Below, in pieces: positions 27,917-38,216 of a stretch of 64,000 bases of DNA. The notes under the pieces were generated by a model. It had not been told where the DNA came from. It was given only the letters and a program-made list of their open reading frames with translations, and searched no databases. The position numbers and the translations under genes are program-made. This stretch comes from Gemmatimonadales bacterium (GTDB lineage: Bacteria; Gemmatimonadota; Gemmatimonadetes; Gemmatimonadales; GWC2-71-9), in NCBI GenBank assembly GCA_040901965.1, contig JBBDYB010000017.1, positions 10,635 to 74,634 on the forward strand. The letters are read 5' to 3'. Position 1 is the first letter of the stretch; every line of letters starts with the position of its first letter.

Positions 27917-28249
27917 TTACTTCACTACGGTAGTCGTATCTTTCCGTCCGGCGGCGACTGCCAGCAAGATGATCAGGACGAGCGCGATCACACCGATCGC
28001 GATCCACATTGGCTGCGTGTACCAGGCGCCGCGGTCATCTGTCTTGATATCCACTTCCACCTTCGGATCCTGGGTCAGCACGGCCGCGACCATGTGAGCG
28101 GCTGGCGCGGCCGGCGCGGCCGGCGTGATCGAGACCGCCGTCAGTGTCGGAATCACGCCGGCAGACTGATAGGGCGCGGCTTGAGCTACGGTCGCGGTGG
28201 CCAGCACCAAGGCCGCCGCGGTAGTCACGATCTTCGTGGCGAATCGCAT
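27917..28249 (-). CDS. Small exported protein with C-terminal TM helix
   Basis: Signal peptide ending AQA; WYTQPMWIAIG TM helix. Confidence 0.75.
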   Translation of the reverse strand: MRFATKIVTTAAALVLATATVAQAAPYQSAGVIPTLTAVSITPAAPAAPAAHMVAAVLTQDPKVEVDIKTDDRGAWYTQPMWIAIGVIALVLIILLAVAAGRKDTTTVVK

Positions 28250-28503
28250 TGTGTGTACTCCAGATGGTGTCTAGGAATCCCCGGGGATCGGGCATTCGCT
28301 CGCCAGTAATACTCCGCGCTGCCCGCGTCGGATCACCCTTTGTGGAATTAGTTCCGCTCGCGGCGCGGATTACACCCGATTCACAAGGCCTACATGCAGA
28401 GGAAAGCGGAGGATCGGCGTGAGAGAATCAACCATCGGAATCACCGAAGAGAGTCAGCTCAATACGATCGTGCGGGTCGTCACGACGGTGGAGTATTCCT
28501 CCG

Positions 28504-28767
28504 GTGACGCCGTCGCCACGCGTGCTGATCATCGACGATGACCTCGCGTTCCGGGAGTCGCTGACCAAGCATCTCGACCTCGCCGGTTACGACGTTCGGC
28601 AGGCCGCCAACGGCGACACCGGGATCAGCGCCTTCGAGCACAATCCCACGGACGTCGTCCTCGTTGACATCTTCATGCCGGGGCAGGGGGGTCTGCACAC
28701 GATCGACCGGCTGCGGCGCCGCTGGCCCGAGGCCAAGATCGTGGCGGTCTCCGGATCACTTTCTTGA
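28504..28767 (+). pseudogene. Truncated response-regulator receiver domain
   Basis: VLIIDDD, VDIFMP, AVSG, then stop before the conserved Lys strand. Confidence 0.7.
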
Positions 28768-28860
28768 TAAGCCATTCGAGGCTGCTACATTGGTGGCGCT
28801 GGTCGCTGCACTCCTGGGGGTCAGGGACGGCTAACGGGCAGCCGAAACGGGGGGCGACAC

Positions 28861-29031
28861 ATGCGGGACATCATCGCCGGCGTAGTGCTCATTGCTATCG
28901 GCTTCGTGTTGGGCGGTTCAGTTTTTCTGGGCGATTTCAGCATCACGAGCATCATCTTCGACGGCCTCGGCGTCGTGTTCATCATCATGGGGCTGGTGAA
29001 GATCCTCAAGAACCGGCAGCCCGCTGCCTGA
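28861..29031 (+). CDS. 56-aa two-TM membrane protein (absent from the ORF track)
   Basis: MRDIIAGVVLIAIGFVLGG...GLVKILKNRQPAA; G-rich RBS; genome-like codon use. Confidence 0.65.
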   Translation: MRDIIAGVVLIAIGFVLGGSVFLGDFSITSIIFDGLGVVFIIMGLVKILKNRQPAA

Positions 29032-29034
29032 CCG

Positions 29035-29217
29035 ATGGACGCGGCCGCGGCGGCGGCGGCGTGCATCCCCAATATCGGCCCGCGGGAGCGCCGCCAGCAG
29101 CTCCGGTTCGGCGTCATCGCGTTCGGCGTCCGTGTGGCGATCGGGGCCCTCCTGGTCGCCACCGGCGAGCTCCTGCCGCCTGCTGCCTGCTGTGCGTCTG
29201 TGCGTCTCGTCGTGTAG
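29035..29217 (+). pseudogene. Probable truncated small membrane protein
   Basis: CIPNIGPRERR..RFG N-terminus and one TM, then low-complexity tail. Confidence 0.4.
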
Positions 29218-29246
29218 GTCCGCGCCGTTGCACTAGATTGCAAATC

Positions 29247-29474
29247 ATGCCGACGCGCCGCCAGACCTACGAAGCCGACGAGAACACCGTCACCTTCGAC
29301 CCGGACGTCTGCATCCACGCCGGCGTGTGCGTCGGCGGCCTCCCGGACGTCTTCGATATCACGCGCAAACGTTGGATCCGCCCCGAGCTGCAGCCGCCGG
29401 ATGTCGTGGCGGCGCAGGTGCTGAAATGCCCGTCCGACGCGCTGCAATTCGTGCGCAAGCCAAAACCTCATTAG
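29247..29474 (+). CDS. YjdI-like (4Fe-4S)-binding protein
   Basis: CIHAGVC...PDVF...WI.P...CPSDAL. Confidence 0.85.
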   Translation: MPTRRQTYEADENTVTFDPDVCIHAGVCVGGLPDVFDITRKRWIRPELQPPDVVAAQVLKCPSDALQFVRKPKPH

Positions 29475-29483
29475 GTTGTGCGG

Positions 29484-29783
29484 ATGCCCACGTATGAATA
29501 CAGGTGCCCCGCCGGGCACCTGTTTGAGAAAACATTCCCCCGCATCACGAGCAAACGCCACGCGCCTTGTCCGGTCTGCGGCAAGCGCGCGGAACGGCTG
29601 ATCTCGGGCGGGGCAGGAGTCCATTTCAAGGGCTCCGGCTTCTACGCGACCGACTACAAGCGGCCCGCGGGAACGACGGAGAAGGCCGACACGACGGCGG
29701 AGAAATCCGAGAAGACCGACAAGGCCGAGAAGTCCGCCGGGTCGCAGCCGAAACCCAAAAAAGACTCAAGCTCCGACAAGTGA
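29484..29783 (+). CDS. FmdB family zinc-ribbon protein
   Basis: MPTYEYRC..GH.FE, CPVCG, FKGSGFYATDY. Confidence 0.9.
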   Translation: MPTYEYRCPAGHLFEKTFPRITSKRHAPCPVCGKRAERLISGGAGVHFKGSGFYATDYKRPAGTTEKADTTAEKSEKTDKAEKSAGSQPKPKKDSSSDK

Positions 29784-31420
29784 AGGCCCACGACATCCTC
29801 CGCGCGGCCCTGACGCGGGCGGCGTCGCAACTTGGCGCGTCCGCAGACGACATCACGATCGAGCGGCCTCGCGACCCCGCGCACGGCGACGTCGCCACCA
29901 ACCTCGCTCTGACGCTCGCCAAGACACTCCGCCAAAAGCCCCGCGTCGTCGCCGAGCGGCTGGTCGCCGCCCTGGAGCTGCCGCCCGGCCTTGTCCGAAA
30001 GACGGAGATCGCGGGACCGGGCTTCATCAATTTCTTTCTGGCCGGTGAGCAGGTGGTCGGCGTGCTGCCCGGGATCCTCGCCGCGGGGGTCAACTACGGC
30101 AAGACCGACGTCGGCAGGGGCGCCAAGGTCAACGTCGAATTCGTGTCCGCCAACCCGACCGGCCCGCTGCACGTCGGTCATGGGCGCGGTGCCGCTCTGG
30201 GCGACGGCATCGCGGCGCTGCTCGAGTGGACCGGCTGGAACGTGACGCGCGAGTTCTATGTGAACGACGCCGGCACCCAGATCGACAAGATGGCGCGGTC
30301 GCTGTGGGCCCGCGTGCAACAGCTGGCCGGCCGGGCGGCCGAAATCCCCGAGGGCGGCTACCACGGCGAGTACCTGAACGCGCTGGCGGAGGGCATCCTC
30401 ACGAAGGAAGGCAAGCGCTTCGCCGATCTTCCGGAGGCGGAAGGCGTGCGCCGCTGCCGCCAGATCGGCGTCTTCTCCCAGCGCGCCGAGCAGGACGAGG
30501 ACCTGCGCGAATTCGGCGTGCGGTTCGACGTCGTGTCCCGGGAGTCGGAGATCTACGAGCGGGGCCTGATCGATGCCACGCTCGCCGAGCTGGCCGCGAA
30601 GCGCCACACGTTCGAGGAGGAAGGGGCGCTGTGGCTGCGCACGACCGCGTTCGGCGACGACAAGGATCGTGTGCTCCGCAAACGCGATGGGACCTACACC
30701 TATCTCGGGCCCGACATCGCGTATCACCGCGACAAGCGCGACCGGGGCTTCGTGAAGGCGATCGACGTCTGGGGCGCGGATCACCACGGCTACATTCCAC
30801 GGATGCGCGCCGCGCTTCAGGCGCTCGGGCTTCCGGACGACTTTTTGCACGTCGAGATCGTGCAGCTCGTGCGCGTCATGCGGGGCGGGGAGGAGGTCCG
30901 CTTCTCCAAACGCTCGGGCGATTTCGTCGCACTGCGCGATCTCTTCCAGGAGACCGGCGTGGACGCGGCGCGCTACTTCTTCCTGATGAAGCGGGGGGAC
31001 TCGCAGTTCGTCTTCGACGTGGACCTCGCCAAGAGCCAGACCGAGGAGAATCCGGTCTTCTACGTGCAGATGGCGCATGCCCGCATGACCGGCATCTTCC
31101 GCGTGGCGGCGCGCGAGCCGGAGTCGATCCGCGCCGAGGGCGTGGATCTGGCGGTCCTGACCCACCCGGAAGAGCTCGAGCTGGTGAAGGAGCTGGCCGA
31201 CTTTCCGGAGGCCGTCCGGCGCGCCGCGGCCGCCGCCGAGCCCCACCGCATCACCGGGTACCTCGAGGGGCTGGCCCGGATCGCCCATGCGTGGTATCAC
31301 AAGTACCGCGTGCTGGGCGAGCCCGAGGAGGCGGCCCGGCTGGTGCTCGCGCGGGCGGTGCAACAGGTCCTGGCGAACGGTCTCACCCTCTTGGGGATTC
31401 GCGCCCCGGAACGGATGTAA
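29780..31420 (+). CDS. argS: Arginine--tRNA ligase
   Basis: EFVSANPTGPLHVGHGR, GDDKDRV, WGADHHGY, NPVFYVQMAHAR. Confidence 0.97.
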   Translation: MKAHDILRAALTRAASQLGASADDITIERPRDPAHGDVATNLALTLAKTLRQKPRVVAERLVAALELPPGLVRKTEIAGPGFINFFLAGEQVVGVLPGILAAGVNYGKTDVGRGAKVNVEFVSANPTGPLHVGHGRGAALGDGIAALLEWTGWNVTREFYVNDAGTQIDKMARSLWARVQQLAGRAAEIPEGGYHGEYLNALAEGILTKEGKRFADLPEAEGVRRCRQIGVFSQRAEQDEDLREFGVRFDVVSRESEIYERGLIDATLAELAAKRHTFEEEGALWLRTTAFGDDKDRVLRKRDGTYTYLGPDIAYHRDKRDRGFVKAIDVWGADHHGYIPRMRAALQALGLPDDFLHVEIVQLVRVMRGGEEVRFSKRSGDFVALRDLFQETGVDAARYFFLMKRGDSQFVFDVDLAKSQTEENPVFYVQMAHARMTGIFRVAAREPESIRAEGVDLAVLTHPEELELVKELADFPEAVRRAAAAAEPHRITGYLEGLARIAHAWYHKYRVLGEPEEAARLVLARAVQQVLANGLTLLGIRAPERM

Positions 31421-31422
31421 GC

Positions 31423-32343
31423 GTGGGTCTGCTCGTCGTCGGCTCGATTGCCCTCGATTCGGTCATCACGCCGTTCGGCGAAACCGCGGACACGCTCGGC
31501 GGCGCCGCGGTCTTCTTCGCGATGGCCGGTGCGGTGCTCCACCCCGTGCAAGTCGTCGGCGTCGTGGGCAACGACTTCCCCGAGGCGCACCTCACGGCGC
31601 TGGCGGCGCGGGGCGTGGACTTGGCGGGCGTCGAGCGGATGAAGGGCGAGTCGTTCCGCTGGAAGGCCCGCTACTCGTACGACCTCAACAGCCGGGAGAC
31701 CCTCGAGACCCGCCTCGGCGTCTTCGCCGATTTCCGCCCCCGGATCCCCGACAAGTTTCGCAGCGCCCAGTACGTCTTTCTCGGCAACATCGACCCTGAG
31801 CTGCAGCTCAGCGTGCTGGATCAGGTGAAGCACCCTAAGCTCGTCGCCTGCGACACGATGAACTACTGGATTCAGGGGAAGCGCGACGTCCTGCTCGAAC
31901 TGCTGCGGCACATCGACATCCTGATGGTGAACGACTCCGAAGCACGCGAGCTGTCCGGCGATTGGAACATCTACCGGGCGGCGCGCTGGATCCTGTCGCG
32001 CGGCCCCAAGATGGTCGTGATCAAGCAGGGGGAGCACGGCGCTCTGCTCGTCGATCAGGACACGGTGTTCAAAGTCCCGGCCTATCCGCTCCAGGAGGTG
32101 TTCGATCCCACGGGAGCGGGGGATGCGTTCGCCGGCGGTTTCATGGCGCATGTCGCGCGCAGCGGCGACATCGCCTTCTCCAATCTGCGCCGCGCCATGG
32201 TCTATGGGTCGGCCATGGGCTCGCTCGCGGTCGAGGCCTTCGGCGTGCAGCGCCTGGAGCAGGTGACGCTCCAGGAGGTGCAAGCGCGCGTGAAGGCGTT
32301 CCGCGATCTCGTGCACTTCTCCCTCGACGGCGAGGACCAGTGA
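31423..32343 (+). CDS. PfkB family carbohydrate/nucleoside kinase
   Basis: VGSIALD, LGG, DPTGAGDAFAGG. Confidence 0.9.
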   Translation: MGLLVVGSIALDSVITPFGETADTLGGAAVFFAMAGAVLHPVQVVGVVGNDFPEAHLTALAARGVDLAGVERMKGESFRWKARYSYDLNSRETLETRLGVFADFRPRIPDKFRSAQYVFLGNIDPELQLSVLDQVKHPKLVACDTMNYWIQGKRDVLLELLRHIDILMVNDSEARELSGDWNIYRAARWILSRGPKMVVIKQGEHGALLVDQDTVFKVPAYPLQEVFDPTGAGDAFAGGFMAHVARSGDIAFSNLRRAMVYGSAMGSLAVEAFGVQRLEQVTLQEVQARVKAFRDLVHFSLDGEDQ

Positions 32344-33383
32344 CCTCGGCCGACCGCTACGCCGCCGCCGGCGTCCGCCTCGACGCCGCCGATGAGGCGA
32401 AGCGCCGCATCGGCGACCTGGTCCGCACCACGCGGACGCCGCTGGCTCTGGGACAGATCGGCGGTTTTGGGGGGATGGTGCGCGTGCCGGAGGGATACAA
32501 GAAGCCCGTGCTCGTGATGTCCACGGACAGCGTCGGCACCAAGGTGCTCGTCGCCACGGCGGCCGGCGTCCACGACACCGTGGGCGAGGACCTCGTCAAT
32601 CATTCGGTCAACGACATCCTCGTGCACGGCGCCGCGCCGCTCGCCTTTCTCGACTACATCGCGACCGGCAGCCTCGTGCCCGATGTCGCGGCGCAGATCG
32701 TGACCGGTGTAGCCCGCGGATGCCGCGCCCACGACATGACGCTGGTGGGCGGTGAGACCGCGCAGATGCCGGACCTGTACGAGTCGGGTCATTACGACCT
32801 GGCGGGCACGATCGTGGGCGTCGTGGAGGAAGACAAGGCGCTGCACGGCGACCACGTACGTTCCGGCGACATGCTGATCGGCTACGCGTCCACCGGACTC
32901 CACACCAATGGCTACACGCTCGCGCGGAAGATCGTATTCGAGTGGCTGAAGCTGGGGATCGACGACCTGTTTCCCGAGACCGAGCAAACCGTCCGGCAGA
33001 TCCTGCTCGCCGTGCACCGCAGCTATGCGGCCGCCATCAGGCCCGTCCTCGGCAGTCTGCATGCTCTGGCGCACATCACGGGCGGAGGGATTCCGGGGAA
33101 CCTGGTGCGGGTGCTGCCGCCGGGATCCGAAGCCGTCGTGGACGCGGGGAGCTGGCCCTGGCCGCCCTTGTTTCGCGTCCTGATGCGGGCGGGCCAGGTC
33201 ACCCGCGATGAGATGCGCCGCGTCTTCAACCTTGGGGTCGGCATGATCGCCGTCGCGGCGCGGGACGACGTCGACGCCGCCGTCCAGGCCGCGGAGCGCG
33301 CCAAGGTGCCCGCGTGGATCATCGGCGAGATCCGCGGCGGCACAGGGGCCGGCAAGCCGGTCGTGCGATTTGAAGAGAGATAA
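32340..33383 (+). CDS. purM: AIR synthetase PurM
   Basis: YAAAGV, IGGFGG, TDSVGTK, GGETA, GLHTNGY, AHITGGG, FNLGVG. Confidence 0.95.
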   Translation: MTSADRYAAAGVRLDAADEAKRRIGDLVRTTRTPLALGQIGGFGGMVRVPEGYKKPVLVMSTDSVGTKVLVATAAGVHDTVGEDLVNHSVNDILVHGAAPLAFLDYIATGSLVPDVAAQIVTGVARGCRAHDMTLVGGETAQMPDLYESGHYDLAGTIVGVVEEDKALHGDHVRSGDMLIGYASTGLHTNGYTLARKIVFEWLKLGIDDLFPETEQTVRQILLAVHRSYAAAIRPVLGSLHALAHITGGGIPGNLVRVLPPGSEAVVDAGSWPWPPLFRVLMRAGQVTRDEMRRVFNLGVGMIAVAARDDVDAAVQAAERAKVPAWIIGEIRGGTGAGKPVVRFEER

Positions 33384-34476
33384 CGGGCGGGAGGCCCCCG
33401 CCATGCGCCGCGCGCTCGAGCTGGCGTGGCGGGGATGGGGGCGCGTCGCCCCCAATCCGCTGGTGGGTGCCGTCGTGCTGCGCGGCGATGAAGTGGTGGG
33501 CGAAGGATGGCACGCCGAGTTCGGCGGCCCCCACGCGGAAGTGCAGGCGTTGCGCGCCGCGGGTGAGAAGGCGCGGGGCGCCACTCTGGTCGTCACGCTC
33601 GAGCCGTGCGCGCATCAGGGGAAGACCCCGCCGTGCACCGACGCGATCCGCGCCGCGGGGATTCGCCGCGTCGTGGCCGCGGTGCGGGATCCCGATCCCG
33701 AAGCGCGCGGCGGCGTCGAGATCTTGAAGCGGGCCGGGATCGAGACGCAGGTCGGGCTGCTCGCGGAGGAAGCGGCGGCGCAGAACGCCCCCTTCCTCGC
33801 CACCCGGCTCCAGACCGAGCGCCCCTTCGTGGCGCTGAAGCTCGCGACCTCCATCGACGGCCGCATCGCCGACGCGCGCGGCCAGTCGCACTGGATCTCG
33901 GGCCCCGAAGCCCGCGACCACGTGCACTGGCTCCGCGCCGGCTTCGACGCGATCGGCGTCGGCGGCACGACCGCCCTCACGGACAATCCCCAGCTCACGG
34001 TGCGCGGAGGGATCACGCCGCGCAAGCCGCCGGTGCGGATCGTCTTCGACCGGCGCGCGATGTTGAACTCGGGCGTGTCCCTGGTCCAGACGGCGCGCGA
34101 GGTGCCCACCTGGGTGGTCGCCTCGCCCGAGGCACCCGCGGCGAACGTGTCGGTGCTCGAGGGCAACGGCGTCCGCGTGTTCCGTCCCGAAGCGCTCGCC
34201 CAGGCGTTCGCGCAACTCCGCCTCGCCGGGATCCAATCGTTGTTGTGTGAAGGGGGAGGGGCGCTCGGCGCAAAGCTGCTCGCCGACGGGTTGGTGGACC
34301 GGCTGTACTGGGTCCAGGCGCCCGTCTGGCTCGGCGAAGCCGCCGTTCCGGCGTTCCCGGGTGTGCCCACGTTTCCGCTCGCCGAGGCGCCGCGCTGGGT
34401 CGCCGTGGAGCGCCGGCCATTGGGGTCTGATACATTATTGGTATTGGATCGGCGACTATGTTTACCGGAATCATAG
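33370..34476 (+). CDS. ribD: Bifunctional deaminase/reductase RibD
   Basis: PNPLVGAV, HAE, TLEPCAH.G.TPPC, SIDG, EGGG; start 33370 or 33403. Confidence 0.95.
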   Translation: MKRDNGREAPAMRRALELAWRGWGRVAPNPLVGAVVLRGDEVVGEGWHAEFGGPHAEVQALRAAGEKARGATLVVTLEPCAHQGKTPPCTDAIRAAGIRRVVAAVRDPDPEARGGVEILKRAGIETQVGLLAEEAAAQNAPFLATRLQTERPFVALKLATSIDGRIADARGQSHWISGPEARDHVHWLRAGFDAIGVGGTTALTDNPQLTVRGGITPRKPPVRIVFDRRAMLNSGVSLVQTAREVPTWVVASPEAPAANVSVLEGNGVRVFRPEALAQAFAQLRLAGIQSLLCEGGGALGAKLLADGLVDRLYWVQAPVWLGEAAVPAFPGVPTFPLAEAPRWVAVERRPLGSDTLLVLDRRLCLPES

Positions 34477-35045
34477 ACGCGGTGGGACGGGTAGCTGCGG
34501 TCCACCGGAACAACGGCGCAGAACTGCGCATTACTGCGCCGTTTCGCGCCTTGAAAAAGGGTGAGAGCATCGCCGTCAACGGCGCGTGCCTCACGGTCGA
34601 GCGCGTTGTGAAGGGTGGATTCACCGTGCACGCCGTGGCAACCACGATCGGCCGCACCCTGATCGGCGACTGGGCCAAGGGGCGGACCGTGAACTTGGAG
34701 CGCGCGCTGCGCGCGGGGGACCGCTTGGGCGGGCATTTCGTGCAGGGGCACGTGGACGGCGTGGGAACGGTCGCGCGCGTCACGATGCAAGGCGATGCCC
34801 TGTTGCTCGACATCCGGTTGCCGCGCGACGTCGCGGAGACGACGGTGTTGCACGGTTCGATCACGGTGGACGGTGTGAGCCTGACCGTGAACGCCCTGCC
34901 GGAGCCCGGCGTTATGCAGGTGTCGCTCGTGCCGTTCACGCGGGCGCATACGACGTTGGGACGCGTGGCCGCCGGCGAGCGGGTGCACGTCGAGGCGGAC
35001 GTCCTGGGAAAGTACGTGAGGCAGCTATGCCGTTCGGCAAAGTAG
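34458..35045 (+). CDS. ribE: Riboflavin synthase (alpha chain)
   Basis: MFTGII, SIAVNGACLT, GGHFVQGHVD, DGVSLTV. Confidence 0.95.
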   Translation: MFTGIIDAVGRVAAVHRNNGAELRITAPFRALKKGESIAVNGACLTVERVVKGGFTVHAVATTIGRTLIGDWAKGRTVNLERALRAGDRLGGHFVQGHVDGVGTVARVTMQGDALLLDIRLPRDVAETTVLHGSITVDGVSLTVNALPEPGVMQVSLVPFTRAHTTLGRVAAGERVHVEADVLGKYVRQLCRSAK

Positions 35046-36232
35046 AGCAAGCGATCGCGGATATCCGCGCGGGCAAGCTCGTCATCGTGGCCGATGACGA
35101 GCGGCGCGAGAACGAGGGCGATTTGGTCGGCGCGGCCCAGAAGGTCACCGCCGAGATGATCAATTTCATGGCGACGCACGCGCGCGGCCTCATCTGCGTG
35201 CCGCTCACCCCCGCGCGCTGCCAGGCGCTGGCGTTGCCGCAGATGACCGAGCACAACTCCGAGTCCCACGAGACGGCGTTCACCATCAGCATTGACGCCG
35301 CCGCCCGCTTCGGCGTGACGACCGGCATCTCGGCGGCGGACCGCGCCGCCACGATCCGTGTGGCGATTGATCCGGCGACCGTGCCGGGCGACCTGCGCCG
35401 CCCCGGCCACGTCTTTCCGCTGCGCGCCCGCCCCGGTGGCGTCCTGCAGCGGGTCGGCCAGACCGAGGCGAGCGTCGATCTGGCGCGGCTCGCCGGCCTC
35501 TATCCCGCCGGCGTGATCTGCGAGATCCTGAATCCCGACGGCTCCATGGCGCGCCGCGCCGACCTCGAGCGCTTCGCCGAGCAGTACGGCCTCACGTTCA
35601 TCACGGTCGCCCAGCTCGTCGCCTACCGGCTGGCGCACGAGCGCCTGGTGCATCGCGTCGCGGACGCGCGCCTCCCCACGCCGTTCGGCGAGTTCCGCAT
35701 CATCGGCTACAAGAACGACGTGGACGCCGCCGAGCACGTGGCGCTGGTCTACGGCGACGTCGCGGGCAAGCAGCGGGTGCTGGTGCGGATGCACTCGAAG
35801 TGTCTCACCGGGGACGTGTTCGGCTCGGCGCGCTGCGACTGCGGCTGGCAGCTGCACAGCGCCATGCGCATGATCGCCGGGGAAGGCGCCGGCGTCATCG
35901 TGTACCTCGATCAAGAGGGGCGCGGGATCGGGCTGCTCAACAAGCTCAAGGCCTACGAGCTGCAGGACGCGGGGCACGACACCGTCGAGGCGAACGAGAA
36001 GCTCGGCTTCAAGCCCGACCTCCGGAACTACGGCATCGGCGCGCAGATCCTGCTGGACATCGGCCTGTCGTCGATCCGCGTGCTGACCAACAATCCGATG
36101 AAGCTGGTCGGCCTCGAGGGATACGGGTTGGAGATCGTCGAGCGCCTGCCGATCGTGCCGGCACCCTCCGACGAGAACCGATCCTATCTCGACGTGAAGC
36201 GGGACAAGCTCGGCCACTTCCTTACTCACTGA
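35027..36232 (+). CDS. ribBA: DHBP synthase / GTP cyclohydrolase II
   Basis: DDERRENEGD, RPGHVFPL, RMHSKCLTGD..S.RCDCG, QEGRGIGL, TNNP. Confidence 0.97.
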   Translation: MPFGKVEQAIADIRAGKLVIVADDERRENEGDLVGAAQKVTAEMINFMATHARGLICVPLTPARCQALALPQMTEHNSESHETAFTISIDAAARFGVTTGISAADRAATIRVAIDPATVPGDLRRPGHVFPLRARPGGVLQRVGQTEASVDLARLAGLYPAGVICEILNPDGSMARRADLERFAEQYGLTFITVAQLVAYRLAHERLVHRVADARLPTPFGEFRIIGYKNDVDAAEHVALVYGDVAGKQRVLVRMHSKCLTGDVFGSARCDCGWQLHSAMRMIAGEGAGVIVYLDQEGRGIGLLNKLKAYELQDAGHDTVEANEKLGFKPDLRNYGIGAQILLDIGLSSIRVLTNNPMKLVGLEGYGLEIVERLPIVPAPSDENRSYLDVKRDKLGHFLTH

Positions 36233-36233
36233 C

Positions 36234-36704
36234 GTGCCTGCGCGCTCGTCCAGCCGCCAGCGCCGTGTGGCGGTCATCGTGAGCCGCTTCCATGAGAATG
36301 TCACCACCCGCCTGCTGGAGGGGGCGCGCGATGCGCTGCGCCGGGCCGGCATCGCCGACGCGCAGGTCGACGTCGTGTGGGTGCCCGGCGCGTTCGAGCT
36401 GCCGGTGGCGGCGGAAACCGCCGCCGCGAGCCAGCGGTATGCGGCGATCGTCGCGTTGGGCTGCGTGATTCGCGGCGAGACTGCGCATTTCGACTACGTG
36501 GCCGGCGAAGCCGCGCGCGGGCTCGGGAACGTGGCGCTCGCGCACCAGATCGCCGTCGGCTTCGGGGTCCTCACTACCGAGACGGAGATTCAGGCGTTGG
36601 CGCGCGCCGGCGGCGTGGTCGGCAACAAGGGCGCCGAGGCGGCCGAGGCGGCGCTCCAGACCGCCGACGCGATCGACCGGCTCCGTGCAGCGCCCCGAGA
36701 CTAA
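36234..36704 (+). CDS. ribH: Lumazine synthase
   Basis: SRF, VPGAFELP, GCVIRGETAHF, GNKG. Confidence 0.95.
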   Translation: MPARSSSRQRRVAVIVSRFHENVTTRLLEGARDALRRAGIADAQVDVVWVPGAFELPVAAETAAASQRYAAIVALGCVIRGETAHFDYVAGEAARGLGNVALAHQIAVGFGVLTTETEIQALARAGGVVGNKGAEAAEAALQTADAIDRLRAAPRD

Positions 36705-37098
36705 GGCGCGCGCGCGCGCCCTGCAGCTCCTCTACGCGTGGGAACTCTCAGGCGAACCGTCGATCGAGACGGTCGTGGCCCGCGTCGCCACGATCTACGG
36801 TGGAGCCCCGAAAGGGTATGACCGGGGCGCCGACCTTGCGGCCAAGGCGGTGGCGGGGCGGCCGGAGTTCGACCGCCGCGTCAAGGATGCCGCCGAGCAC
36901 TGGCGCCTCGAGCGGGTCGGGCTCGTGGAGCGCAACATTCTCCGGTTGGCGCTGGCCGAGCTCGATGAAGCGGTGACCCCGTCCCGCGTGGTGATCGACG
37001 AAGCGGTCAAGCTCGCGCACTGGTTCGCGGGCGCCAAGGCGCCCGCCTTCATCAACGGCGTGCTCGACGCGGTGGCTCGTGAGTCCGGAGCCCTGTGA
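36685..37098 (+). CDS. nusB: Transcription antitermination factor NusB
   Basis: ARALQLLY, W.LER...VERNILR, FINGVLD. Confidence 0.93.
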   Translation: MQRPETKARARALQLLYAWELSGEPSIETVVARVATIYGGAPKGYDRGADLAAKAVAGRPEFDRRVKDAAEHWRLERVGLVERNILRLALAELDEAVTPSRVVIDEAVKLAHWFAGAKAPAFINGVLDAVARESGAL

Positions 37099-38213
37099 GG
37101 ATCCTGCTCGTCAACTGGAACGACCGCCAGAACCCACAGGCCGGCGGAGCGGAGATCCACCTCCACGAGCTGTTTGGTCGCATCGCGGCCTGGGGACATG
37201 AAGTGGACCTCATCACGAGCGGCTGGCGGGAGGCGTCGCCACACGCCGAGCTCGACGGCATGCGGGTCCTGCGGGTAGGGAACCGCCACAGCTTCGCGCT
37301 GCGGGCGCGCGGGGCGGTGCGGCGGGCGCTGCGGCAGCGGTCCTACGACATCGTGGTGGAGGACATCAACAAACTCCCCTTGTTCCTTCCTACTCTCACG
37401 TCGTTGCCGTTTGTTGCGGTCGTACCTCATCTGTTCGGTGCGACCGCGTTTGCCGAAGCGAGTCTCCCGGTAGCGGCGGTCGTGTGGGCCTCCGAGCTGC
37501 CGGTTCCACGGGTGTACCGGGAGGCGGGATTCCACGCGATTTCCGAGAGTACGCGGGACGATCTCGTGCGGCGCGGAGTAGCGGGGGAGCGGATCGTCGT
37601 GATCCATCCGGGCGTCGACGCGACCTGGTATTGCCCGGATCCGGCGACGCCCCGCGCCACGCGGCCGACGTTCTTGTACCTGGGTCGGTTGAAGCGTTAT
37701 AAAGGAGTGGAGATCGCGCTGCGGGCGCTCGCGGCGGCCCGGGAGCGCTATGGGGACATTACGCTCGACATCTGCGGGCAAGGGGACGATCGGCCCCGGC
37801 TGGAGCGCATTGCGCAGGCGCTTGGGCTGGGCGACGCGGTTCGCTTCCTCGGCTTCGTGGCCGAGGACGAAAAGCGCCGGCTGCTCCGCCGAGCGTGGGC
37901 GGTGGTATTCCCAAGCCCCAAGGAAGGATGGGGTATCACGAACGTCGAAGCGGCTGCGTGCGGCACGCCGGCACTCGCGTCCGACAGCCCGGGCCTGCGC
38001 GAATCGGTGCGCCACGGCGTGACCGGGTATCTGGTGCCCCACGGCGATTGGCGGGCGCTGGCCGATCGGATGCTGGCGTTGGCCGGGGATCCGGAGCTGG
38101 TCGCGCGGCTGGGCCGGGCCGCGCGGGGCTTCGCGGAGGGGTTGTCGTGGGAGGCGGCCGCGCGCGCGACCGCCGCTCACTTCGAACGAGTCATCGCTGA
38201 ACGGGGAGGTTGA
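37095..38213 (+). CDS. GT4 family glycosyltransferase
   Basis: GGAE, GRLKRYKG, EGWGITNVEA. Confidence 0.9.
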   Translation: MRILLVNWNDRQNPQAGGAEIHLHELFGRIAAWGHEVDLITSGWREASPHAELDGMRVLRVGNRHSFALRARGAVRRALRQRSYDIVVEDINKLPLFLPTLTSLPFVAVVPHLFGATAFAEASLPVAAVVWASELPVPRVYREAGFHAISESTRDDLVRRGVAGERIVVIHPGVDATWYCPDPATPRATRPTFLYLGRLKRYKGVEIALRALAAARERYGDITLDICGQGDDRPRLERIAQALGLGDAVRFLGFVAEDEKRRLLRRAWAVVFPSPKEGWGITNVEAAACGTPALASDSPGLRESVRHGVTGYLVPHGDWRALADRMLALAGDPELVARLGRAARGFAEGLSWEAAARATAAHFERVIAERGG

Positions 38214-38216
38214 TTC

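Noticed and set aside
28765-28770. Selenocysteine read-through of the TGA ending the receiver fragment (selB is present)
   Set aside because: TGA is followed immediately by TAA; no in-frame TGA with SECIS was recognised in any gene here.
32520-32545. PurM DSVGTK instead of the usual DGVGTK
   Set aside because: Single substitution with all other motifs intact; no evidence of altered function.
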